Shown here: piece after piece, positions 20,834 through 31,561 of the stretch | How the letters are laid out: each line of letters opens with the position of its first letter | Numbering within the stretch: position 1 is the stretch's first letter | NCBI GenBank assembly: GCA_963845755.1 | Contig: CAWJTV010000033.1 | Coordinates: 384,001-448,000 of the forward strand | Direction of reading: 5' to 3' | DNA: 64,000 nucleotides | Source: an uncultured Planctomycetota bacterium | Lineage (GTDB): Bacteria; Planctomycetota; Planctomycetia; Isosphaerales; Isosphaeraceae | The notes under the pieces: model-generated | What the model was told of the DNA's origin: nothing | The model's database searches: none | Seen by the model: the letters and a program-made list of their open reading frames with translations, nothing else | Position numbers and translations under genes: made by a program

Positions 20834-23800
20834 ATGGCCGCCATCGCCGCCGAGAGCGACCTGCTCTTCGGCCTGCTTGCCCTGCAAAACGGCCTGATCG
20901 ACCAGATCCAGCTCGTCGCCGCCTTCCAGGCCTGGACGCGCGACCGCTCCCGCCCCCTAGCCGAGCACCTCGCCGCCCGTGGCGACCTCGACCCCGACCA
21001 GCGCGCCGGCGTCGAGGCCATGGTCGGGTTGCATCTGAAGAAGCACGGCGGGGACGCCGCCAAGAGCCTCGCCGCGATCCCCGCCGGGCGGTCCACCCGC
21101 GAGTCGCTCGCCGCGCTGGGCGACCCGGTGATCGAGAACACCCTCACCCAGCTCGCCTCAGGCTCCGACGGCGACGCCGACCGCACGGCCAGCTACGCTG
21201 TGGGCACGGCCACCGCTGACGGCCAGCGGTTCCGCGTGTTGCGGCCCCACGCCCGCGGCGGCCTGGGAGCCGTCTTTGTCGCCCTGGATACCGAGCTGCA
21301 CCGCGAGGTGGCGCTGAAGCAGATCCTCGACCAGCATGCCGACGACCCGGTCAGCCGCCAGCGGTTCTTGATCGAGGCCGAGATCACTGGGGGGCTCGAG
21401 CACCCGGGCGTTGTGCCGGTCTACGGCCTGGGCAGCTACCACGATGGCCGGCCCTATTACGCGATGCGGTTCATCAAAGGCGATAGTCTCAAGGAGGCGA
21501 TCGAGCAGTTCCACAGCGACGCGTCGCTCAAGGCGGACATCGGGCGGCGGTCGCTGGAGCTCCGCAAACTACTTCGTCGATTCCTCGACGTTTGCAACGC
21601 CGTCCACTATGCCCACTCGCGGGGCGTGCTCCATCGCGACATCAAGCCGGGGAATATCATCGTGGGCAAGCACGGCGAGACCCTGGTGGTTGACTGGGGG
21701 CTGGCCAAGCCGCTGGGACGGATCGAGCCGGGCAGCAACATCGGCGAGCGGACCTTCATGCCCTCCTCGGCTAGCGGCAGCGCCGAGACGCTGCCGGGCA
21801 GCGCTCTGGGGACGCCCGCGTACATGAGCCCCGAGCAGGCGGGCGGCGACCTGGACCGGCTGGGGCCGCGATCGGACGTCTACAGCTTGGGCGCGACGCT
21901 GTACTGCCTGCTGGTGAGGCGGCCGCCCTTGGCGGGTGACGACGTCGGCGAGATTCTCCGCCGGGTTCAGCGGGGCGAGTTTCCGCGGCCTCGGCAGCTC
22001 GAACCGTCGATCGACCCGGCGCTCCAGGCGATCTGCTTGAAGGCGATGGCGACGAAGCCGGAGGATCGTTACGCCACCGCCCGGCGCTGGCCGACCAAGT
22101 GGAGCGGTGGATGGCGGACGAGCCGGTGGACGCTTACCGCGAGCTGTTTTCACGGCAGGTGCGCCGGTGGGCGAAGCGAAACCGGACTGCGGTCACCGGC
22201 GCGGCGGTGGCTTTGCTGGCCGGGGTGGTCGGGCTGGCGGCGGTGCTCGCGGTGCAGACCAGGGCCAAGGGGGCGATCGCTCGGTCTCTGGTGAACGAGA
22301 CCCGGGCCAATGCCGCGCTGTCGGAAGCCAACCAGCGGGTGGAACAGCGGTACGCGCTGGCGACCGAGGCGATCAAGACTTTTCACACGGGCGTCAGCGA
22401 GGACTTCTTGCTCAAGGAGGAGAAGTTCAAGGACCTGCGCCAGCGGCTCTTGACATCGGCGGCCGACTTCTACGGCCGGCTGGGCGCCCTGCTGGGCCGG
22501 GAGACGGACTTGGCTTCGCGACGCGCGCTCAATCAAGCGACCTTCGAGCTGGCCGAATTGACCGCGAAGATCGGTCGTAAGGAGGATGCGCTCTCGACCC
22601 ACCGGAAGGTGCTATCGCGGCGCCGGGAGCTTGCGTCGGAGCCGGGGGCCGAGGCCGAGACCCGCGCCGACGTGGGCCGCAGCCTCACGAGCGTCGCATC
22701 GTTGCTGGAGGCGACCGGAGCGACGGACGAGGCGCTGGGAGCCTACCAAGAGGCCGAGCGCCGGCTGGCCGCACTGGCGCCCTCGACGCCGGAAACCCTG
22801 TCTGCGCTGGCGGACTGTCGTTCGCGTCTAGGCTGGTTCCTCTCGACGATCGGCCGCTCGGAAGAGGCGCTTGCCGTGTACCGTCTGGCGCGTGTCGACC
22901 AGGAATCGCTGGCCGAACTCCCGAGCGCCGCCAACGAGGCCCGGCGCGACCTCTCCGCCACGATAAACCGGCTTGGCGCCCTCCTGTGGCAAACAGGCAA
23001 GCCAGCGGAGGCGGAGGCCGAGTTCCGACAGGCCCTTGCGATCCGGCAGAAGCTGGCCGACGACAACCCCGCCGTCACGGAATTCCGCAGCGCCCTGGCG
23101 CAGAGCCACTTCAATCTCGGCATCCTCCTCTCCCAGACGGGCAAGCTTTCGGCGGCGGAGGCCGGGCACCGGAACGCCCTGGCGATCCGGCAGAAGCTGG
23201 CCGACGACAACCCCGCTGTCACCCTATTTCGCAGCGACCTGGCGATGAGCCACGTCTGCCTTGGCATCCTCCTGTCGCAGACCGGCAAGCCGTCTGAGGC
23301 GGAGGCCGAGCACCGGAAGGCGCTGGCGATCGAGCAGAAGCTGGCCGACGACAACCCCGCCGTCACTCAATTCCGCAGTGCCCTGGCGTACAGCCACGAA
23401 GCCCTCGGCTACCTCCTGTTCCCGACGGGCAAGGCAGCGGAGGCGGAGACCGAGTACCGTAAGGCCCTGGCGATCCGGCAGAAGCTGGCCGACGACAACC
23501 CCGCTGTCACCGAATTCCGCAACGCCCTGGCCGACTGCCATAGCAATCTCGGCTGCATTCTGCCCCAGACGGGCAAGCCGGCGGCGGCGGAGTCCGAGCA
23601 CCAGAAGGCCCTGGCGATCCGGCAGAAGCTGGCCGAGGCCGAGCCGGGAAATCCGGCGTGGCGGAATGCAATCGGCGTGAGCTTGACCAGCCTCGGCGAC
23701 GTCGACACGGAGGCGGGTCGCTTCGACACGGCGATTGCCCGATTCCGGGAGAGCCTCGCGATTCACGAGCGGCTCGCCCACGACCACCCCACGATAAGCG

Positions 23801-24198
23801 CCTACCGAAGGGAACTGGCCTCCGCCCTGACCGGACTGGGGCGCGCCGAGCACCGCGCCGGCCGCCGGGCCGCCGCGGTCGAGCCCCTTAAAAGGGCGGC
23901 CACGCTATGGGAGGCGATCGCCGAGCCGGACATCGAAGCCCGCTACGAGCTAGCTCGCAATTACACCCTGCTCGCGGCGGCCGCCGCCGACTCCAGGTCC
24001 GGTCTCTCCGCCGCCTACACCGCGGCCACCGCCGACCGGGCCGTGGCCGCCCTGCGCCAGGCCGTCGCCGCGGGCTTTCACGACCTGGCCAAGCTTCGCA
24101 CGGACCCCGACCTGGCGCCGCTCCGAGACCGGGATGACTTCCGGCTGCTGCTCTTGGACCTGGAGATGCCGGTCGAGCCGTTCGCCGCGGCACGATGA
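20834..24198 (+). CDS. Ser/Thr protein kinase - TM - TPR protein (frameshift ~22080)
   Basis: ARGGLG, VALK, HRDIKPGN, DWG, GTPAYMSPE; TM AVTGAAVALLAGVVGLAAVLAV; 48-aa TPR-like tandem repeats. Confidence 0.88.
22993..23640 (+). repeat. 144-bp tandem repeats (TPR-like, about 5 copies)
   Basis: Units start at 22993, 23137, 23281, 23425, 23569 (TGKxxxAExExRxALAIRQKLADDNPAVT). Confidence 0.9.
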
Positions 24199-24885
24199 GC
24201 GACCCGGTGAAGGGAAGCGTCGGGTGCGCATTTCCTGTACAAAGGCGCACCTGCGCGCAGGAGAGAACTTGCCCAGTTTGAGGTAGAACTCGAGGAATTC
24301 CACGGTGGGCAAGCCTCCGTTCCGTGGCGTACGACGCATCAGCATCGGCTGGAAGACGCAAGGATTGCGACTTTCAAGACCAAAGGCGCAGGAGTTACTC
24401 AACATTTCCTGAACTCTCGGACACGAGAGGCCGTTGGTTCTCGACCATTTCCTTCTTCGGAAGGCCACAGGCAGGGCGGGCCAGAAAGCGATAAGAGTCC
24501 AAGTCCAAACTAGCTCATGTCAGTCAAGGACCGAGGTGATCAATCCGGCATGGGGACTCCTCGTTCGATCGAAACGAGGAACCAAATCGATGCCCGCATG
24601 GCTCTCCAGTGGAACAAGACAAAGGACGAAACGGCTTTTGGAAAGCGTTTCACAAGGAAGACCAGGATCGAGGACGGCTCTTGTGGCTCTCTCCAAACGA
24701 TCGAAATTGGCTCTGATTTCGGCTCTCCCTCACATTTGATGATCCACGACCGCAAACTCGCGCAGGAGTCCGCCATCTGAACGGGATTCTCGGTCGTTCC
24801 GGGCCTGTGTGGCACCAGCGTCATCAGGAGTGCGGGAGAACCCTGATTTCCTGATCGGTGTCACCAGACCGCTTAAGTGGATGAT

Positions 24886-25461
24886 TCACGGACCGGGGAT
24901 CTGCCGGATCCACAAGTCCGCCTCGGGCATTGTCGGCGTCGGCCGGAAGTGCGCGAAGGTCTGGATGTCGGTCAGGACACGGATGAGGGTTGTGCGATCT
25001 GGCCGGATTGTGACGGCCCAGGCCTTAATCAACTCGGGGCACGACAACGCGGTCAGTCCCGCCTGGCAGGCAACGCGGATTGCCTTGCGGTCGTCGGTCG
25101 CCACGGGCCATCCCCGAGCCTCGGCGATGGCCAGGCACATGGCTTCGCCGTCGGAACGGAACCGGGCGGCGTAATCGACGAATCGGGCCTGCTCCTGGAG
25201 GTCATCGGGCTGACACAAGGTCAGCACGCCGGAAGAGAGCAAGGGAGTCAGATTAGCCGGGACCGCGATGACGTGACCCGGCTGCGCCGGGTCATGCTGC
25301 CGTACGTATTGGACCTCACCCTGCACGGCGACAGGTAGATGCCAGGCGAACCGGGTGGCTCGCAGGATCTCCTCGGCCCGCCCCGATGCCAGCAGGTCGA
25401 TCAGGCAACAGGCGTCGATCGTGGCTGGTGTTGAAGGCGTCGTGCGTCGTTTACGGCTCAC
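24886..25461 (-). CDS. PIN-domain protein (putative RNase toxin)
   Basis: IDACCLIDL, GEAMCLAIA, VATDDRKA acidic PIN motifs; GTGA overlap with upstream gene. Confidence 0.75.
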   Translation of the reverse strand: MSRKRRTTPSTPATIDACCLIDLLASGRAEEILRATRFAWHLPVAVQGEVQYVRQHDPAQPGHVIAVPANLTPLLSSGVLTLCQPDDLQEQARFVDYAARFRSDGEAMCLAIAEARGWPVATDDRKAIRVACQAGLTALSCPELIKAWAVTIRPDRTTLIRVLTDIQTFAHFRPTPTMPEADLWIRQIPGP

Positions 25462-26684
25462 CGGGTCTGATCCAGCAAAGAAAACGGAAAGTCCATCTTG
25501 ATCGTTCGCTCTTCACCCGAAGGCTCGATCTCGCGACTGCTCAGGGTCTGAGCCACGATCTCACGAGCCGTCACCACGTCGCACCGCAGGTAATGGGCGA
25601 GGTCGCTATCGCCGAGATCCCCGCGCTCATACGCCGAGACGGCGAGATATCGGTAGCGCTCCGGGACGATGTCGTCGTTCACGGGGTGCGAGGGCAGGCC
25701 CAGCATCGCTTCGGCCTTGCGTGGGGCGAATTGCGACTCCTTCAAATGCTCCCACATCCCCCTGGAGATCAGGCCCAATTCCTCGACGCGCAGGGTCATC
25801 GCTTCCAGGGAGACGCAGTACGAGTGCTTCATGCGGCAGAGGTCGGCAACCCGGAAGTCGCCGGTCGTCGCCACCGTCTCCTGGAACTGTTCCCGGACGG
25901 AGGTGGCGGGCATGAGGAAGCTCAGGGCGAACGCCTCGGCGAACCGCTCGTTGGCGGGCTTTCGGCCCGGAGCGGTCAGGTAATCGATGCCCGGCTTGTA
26001 GCGATCGGAGCTCAGCAGAAGGTGGCCATATTCATGAAGCATCGAGACCCGCCGCCGCTCGGGAGGATGCTTGCGATTGATCAAGATGCACGCCCCGAGC
26101 TCGCTCGAATAGGCATACATCCCCGCGATATTCGAGGGCAGATCGCCGGAGCAAAAAATCCGGAGACCGACCAGCCGTTCGAGCGTATTGCGCAGGGAGA
26201 TCACCGGCTGGTCGCCTAGCCCAAGGCGCTTCCGCTCCTGCTCCGCGGCAACTTCGGCCTGCTCGGTCGGGTCAATCCTCGGGTTGAGCGCGACCTCCGG
26301 CGGATAGGTGGTCCGGAGCGGGGCATTCATGATCCGCTCGAGCTCACGATAATCCTCGGCGAGTGCCTGGAATTGATCGATGGCGGCGTTCAGGCCGGTC
26401 CGCTCTGCCGGCTTCATGCGGTCCACTACGGCCCGCAGATGAGGCTGCAAGTCCGTCACCGGCTCCCCCGGCCTGACCAGTTGGTTGACCTTCCGGCCGA
26501 AGTACGAGGCGAGCTTAATGATCTCGTCGGGCTTGACTGGGCGCTCGCCCTTCTCGATGGCGATATACGTCGGCCGGCTGTAACCGAGGAACTCGGCGAC
26601 ATCCTCCTGCGTCTTGCCGCGAGCCTTGCGAGCCTCGACGATCCGCTGGCCGAGCACGCGGGGATCGATCTCAAGCGAAAGCAC
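25458..26684 (-). CDS. XRE-HTH + ImmA/IrrE (M78) metallopeptidase
   Basis: TQEDVAEFLGYSRPTYIAIEKGER HTH; HEYGH HExxH; ERFAEAFALSFLMP; AAGGAG RBS before GTG. Confidence 0.9.
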   Translation of the reverse strand: MLSLEIDPRVLGQRIVEARKARGKTQEDVAEFLGYSRPTYIAIEKGERPVKPDEIIKLASYFGRKVNQLVRPGEPVTDLQPHLRAVVDRMKPAERTGLNAAIDQFQALAEDYRELERIMNAPLRTTYPPEVALNPRIDPTEQAEVAAEQERKRLGLGDQPVISLRNTLERLVGLRIFCSGDLPSNIAGMYAYSSELGACILINRKHPPERRRVSMLHEYGHLLLSSDRYKPGIDYLTAPGRKPANERFAEAFALSFLMPATSVREQFQETVATTGDFRVADLCRMKHSYCVSLEAMTLRVEELGLISRGMWEHLKESQFAPRKAEAMLGLPSHPVNDDIVPERYRYLAVSAYERGDLGDSDLAHYLRCDVVTAREIVAQTLSSREIEPSGEERTIKMDFPFSLLDQTR

Positions 26685-27079
26685 GATTCGCTCCTTGCCC
26701 GATGGTGACGCGGGCCGGTAATGAGTCCACAAGACGACGTGGAAAGTCACTGCCGAAATCGTTTTGTGGATCCAGGAAATCGAGGCCGAAATCGTTCTTG
26801 GCCGCGATGACTCTGACTTGAGGATCACCAGCACCACTGTACCAAACTCGATAAGTCATTGGTCGCTGACTGATCGCTCGGCGTCCATCGAAATGGGTGA
26901 GAAACCTCCTGAAGCCGTAGAACGATTATGGGCGAGGACATTTTACAATGTCAATCAAGATCTCTGGAGATTTCTAAACTTTGTAAAAATCCCGAGACGG
27001 ATTGGGCTCGGAGTTTGTCCCGAAAGTCCGCGTAGCTGGCGGTATTGCGAGAGCCTGGCGTGTCAACCGGACCCGAATC

Positions 27080-27802
27080 TCACATCGGAAGCAGGAGGAA
27101 ATACACGGCCGCGAGGATCCAGAACCATCCGAGCGTCCGCCCCGCGCGATCGAGCCAATTCCGCTCGGGACGCCATCTCCCGGCGAGGATCAGTGCGAGC
27201 CATGAGCCCGCGACGACGAGGCCGGCATGACGGGGCATGCCGTCGAGCATGTTGAAGAAAGGGGCGTCGAGATCCCGAGGGGGCCAGTCACTCGAGGAAA
27301 GGTGCCGCATCTCCACCTCCCGGACATCGGTCTTGTACCAGACGTTGGTTTGCAGGAATCAGGTCGGGCCGAGGGTTGCGAGAACCAATTCGAAGGGCAG
27401 CACGACCGTCGCGGCGAGACAGGCAACGGCACCGGGCCGTCGCACGCGGCCGAAACGCCAGGTACGTCCGCCCCGCCTCGAGCGGTAGAGGAGATAGACC
27501 ATCCACGGGCAGGCCACACCCGTCACGACATACAACGCGGTCGCGACCACCGAGCGAGCGGATCGATAGAGAGGGCTGTCGCCAACCGGGTTGGGCGGAG
27601 TATAAGCCCATCCCCGAATCCGACTCGAAGACCAGTAGCCGCTGACGGTCAAGGGAATTCGGATTGACCACCCCGGAATACGACCCGCCCGCTGGCGGAT
27701 CGACTGCCATTCGCCGCGCACCCACGCCAGGCCGATCGCGGTGAGCGCGACCGCGAGGATCACATCGTGGACCCGATAGAGCGAGTGCCTGGAACGCGGC
27801 AT
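27080..27802 (-). pseudogene. Membrane protein split by an in-frame TGA at 27359-27361
   Basis: ORFs 27359..27871 and 27080..27316 share a frame (GPT*FLQT); C-terminus LAGRWRPERNWLDRAGRTLGWFW; GGAGG RBS. Confidence 0.55.
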
Positions 27803-28023
27803 GGTCCTCCTCCGCGATGTGAGCGATTCACACCCGACCATGATCTTCTCATCCGGTACCATCCGGTTCAATCGCCCGCGAGGAATGCCGAGCTTCCGAA
27901 CGACCTTCGTTGCGGATCAGCGGGGAGCGATCGGATATACTATCGGGAGGTGTCGGGGTCGCGGTGCTCGGCGACGAGATTCCCGGTCTGGGTGAGGAGT
28001 GCCTGCGCCGGCGGATCGCCGAG

Positions 28024-31000
28024 ATGGCCTCTGGTGAGGTATCGGGGATGACGACGGCTGGGGGGCGTGTCGGTGCGGCGCTGGTGATCGGGGTCGGCCA
28101 GTACCTGCACTCGGAGCAGGTCTGGCCACTCCGGTTCGCCGCGCGCGATGCGGAGGCAGTGGGGGGCATCCTGATCGATGCCGAGACGTGCGGCTTCCCC
28201 TCCCAAAGGGTCAAGGTGCTCACAGATTCAGACGCAGGCCGCGACGCCGTCGCCCAACACCTCTCCAAGTGGCTGCCCGAACAGGCCAGGGGGGCCGAGA
28301 TCGCCGTGATCTACTTCGCCGGACACGGGACGGTCCACGCCGTCGGGCGGCGCGAGGAAGGTTATCTGCTCCCCTATGACGCGGATCCTGAGGATCTCGT
28401 AACCCGGGGAATCCTCATGACGGACCTGGCGGTGCTGGATCGAGGCGATCGCCGCTCCCACGGTCGTGGTCTGCCTGGACTGCTGCCACGCTGCCAAGGT
28501 CATCGCGCGGAGCGGATTGCCGGCAGGAGCCGCCATGCGGGATATGCGAATCCGGCCGGCGATGCTCGAGTCGCTGGCCGGCCGGGGGCGATATCTGATC
28601 GCCTCGTGCGACGACGGGCAGGTCTCCGTCGAGGCCGAGACGTGGGGACACGGGCTCTTCACCTATCACCTCCTGGAAGGCATCCGCGGGGCGGGCGACC
28701 GCGACGGCGATGGAAAGGTGGGTCTCGCCGAACTTTTCGAATACGTCGCGGAAGCTGTGGAGCGGGATGCCCAAGCCGTCGGCGTCGTGCAGCGGCCCTG
28801 GAGCAGCTCGATCGGGCCGGGAGGCGCCTTCCTCGCCACGCCTCCTCCCGTGGGGCCGCTCGGCGCCGCCCCGCAGAACATCACCGAGCCACCGCCGTGG
28901 GTCGAGATGGGCGACCGCGACTGCGACGATACGAATGTCTTTGACGTACGGGAGGGGCAGCCCAGGCCGATCGACGCCGTGATCGCCCGGCTGGCCGAGC
29001 TGCGTCGCACGCGCGACCCGGCGGCGGTGCCCGAGATCTTCGGCGGGCTGGTGCATGCGTCGGACGTCGTCCGGGACGAAGCCAAGAAGGCCGCCCTGCG
29101 CCCTGGGCTGGGAGAAGACCTCGACGGCGGTCCTCGCCCTGGCCCGCCAGGGCGGCGGGACCGCGCTCCGGACGATCCTCGAAGGCCTCGCCGCGTTCGA
29201 GTCGCATCGCGACGTCGTGGCGCTCCTGGACCGCCTGGTGGTCTTCCTCGGGGGCGACCTGCGCACCCAGGCGATCCTGATACTCGATCGTAAGCGGTTG
29301 GTCCTGGGGATGGAGAAGGCCGCCGCGGTCTTCCGCGCGATCCAGAGCCCGCTCCGGCTGACCCGCGTGCTCGGACAGGGCCTGTTCACGTCGGCCTATG
29401 CGGCGACCGACGAGGACGACGAGTTCGGAGTCGTCGTCCGGGTGCTGCGGCCCGAGTTCGCCGGCCAGCCCACGATCCGGACGAAGTTCCTCGACATCGG
29501 CCGACAGTCCCGGAAGATCGTCCATCAGAACCTCGTGTTGACCCGCGAGGTCCGCGCTTTCCCCGAACATGACCTCTATTTCGTGGTCCGCGATCATGTT
29601 GACGGGACAACGTTGCATTCCTCGCTCTTCGCGGGCTGTTCCTATCGCCAGCCCGAAATCGTCTCGATCTTGAAGCGAGTCACCGCGGCGCTGGACGCGC
29701 TCCATTCATCGGGAATGGTCCATGGCGGTGTCAAGCCATCCAACATCTTCCTGGCGAGTGACGGTCGCGTCGTGCTCGGCGATCCGATGCTCCCGATCCC
29801 GGCCCTGGGAGCCTCGATGGAGCGATTGTCCTACGATTACCGATACGCCGCGCCTGAGTTGTTCCAGGGGACCGGTGCGGGCGGACCGGCCGCCGACCTC
29901 TACAGCCTGGGGTGCGTCGCCTACGAACTGGCCTGCGGCCGGCCGCCGTTCGTCGCCGACAACCCGTTCGAGCTCGCGGCGATGCACCTGCACTCGCCGT
30001 TAGAGCCGCCCCGTCATCACCGGAGCCGGCTCGGCTCCGGCGATGCCCTGCTCCTGAAACTGCTCGCGAAGGCGCCGTCCGATCGCCACGCGACGGCCCG
30101 AGATCTTCTCCGCGACCTCGACGGGCTTCAGCCGGGATTCGTGGACGTGTCCGACTTGCCGGGCCCTGGCTGGGATGCCTGCACGGGACTGGGTAGGCTC
30201 CAGCCGGGATTCGTGGAAGCATCCAACTTGCCGGACGACGCTGCCGGAAGTCGCCTTGATGACCTGGATAGCCGCCGCGAACAGGAGCTGAGGGCGATCG
30301 ACGACCCCTCAAGCCTCGAGAGTTCCCAAATCGGGACGCCCGGATCATCGGCTCCGGCCACTCGGGAACCGACTCCGTCACCGGAACCGCGGACGCCACG
30401 ACCGGAGGCGGAAGCCCTCGATTCTTCGGTCTCTGGCGTTCCCATTTCCCAACGACTCCAGGATGCCGTATCGATCGTCTCGTTCGATCCCAACACCATG
30501 GCACCGTCAACGGGGGCGACTCCCGGACCGGCCCGGGTCGGCCTGGAGTCTCTCCCGCATCGGCTCGGCCGTTACGAGATCATCCGGCTGCTCGGCCGCG
30601 GCGGCATGGGGTCGGTTTACCTCGCCCTGGACCTGAGCTTGCGCCGCCAGGTCGCACTCAAGGTCATGGAGGGTGCCGGCCCGACCGTTGGAAATGCGAT
30701 GAAACGCTTCCTCCGCGAGGCACGGGCCGTGGCCGGCCTGCGCCATCCGGGGATCATGCAGATCTACGATATCGGCAAAGAGGAGGACACGCTGTTTCTT
30801 GCCCTGGAGTACGTCGGCGGCGGGACCCTGTCTGGGCTGTTGCGGAGTCGAGGGCCGATGGAGCCGGAGTCGGCCGCTCGGCTGGTACTGGGACTCGCTC
30901 AGGCGGTCCAGTCGGCGCACGAGCAGGGGGTCATCCATCGTGATCTCAAACCCGCGAATATCCTCATGACCGAGAATGGTCTGACCAAGATCTCGGACTT

Positions 31001-31557
31001 CGGTCTCGCGCGGCTCGCTTACCAGATCGAAGCGGACGAGGTGCGGACGGAGGTCGGCCGGCCGATCGGCACGCCCGGCTACATGGCTCCGGAGCAGGTC
31101 CGCGGGGATCCCCAGGAGATCGGAAGCGCCCACGGATGTTTATGGCCTGGGGACGATTCTCTACGAGTGCCTCACCCAGCGCCGCCCCTTCCAGGGCGAA
31201 TCGATGATCGCCACGCTCCACAGAGTCCTCGGCGAGGCGCCCGTTCCGCCCCGTCAGATCCAACCTGGGATCCCGAGACCTCTGGAGCGGATCTGCCTGA
31301 CATGCCTGGAGAAGGACCCGGGCCGGCGTTACGCGAGTGCGAGTGACCTCGCCCGAGCACTCGAGCAGTTTCTCGGCGGCCAGGGGGTGGATGAGCCTGT
31401 CGAGGAGGGCGCGACCCCACCGGCGGCGAGCCAATCCCCGCCGGACCAGAACAGGCGAGACCCGGTCGGAGTTGACCGCCCGGGGCTCTGGGATCGGTTT
31501 CGTCGGTGGTGGGTCGGGACGAATCCGTCGCGCCCGCCGGGCCAATCCGACCGATGA
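28024..31557 (+). CDS. Caspase (C14) - helical linker - pseudokinase - Ser/Thr kinase fusion (frameshifts ~28430, ~29100, ~31130)
   Basis: ALVIGVGQY, YFAGHG, LDCCHA, GHGLFTYHLLEG; kinase 1 degenerate (VVVR, HGGVKPSN, DPM); kinase 2 intact (GRGGMG, VALK, HRDLKPAN, DFG, APE). Confidence 0.8.
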
Positions 31558-31561
31558 CCAC

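Noticed and set aside
24200..24880. Third gene downstream of the PIN gene
   Set aside because: Lower-GC stretch with only short ORFs and no recognisable motif in the frames I read.
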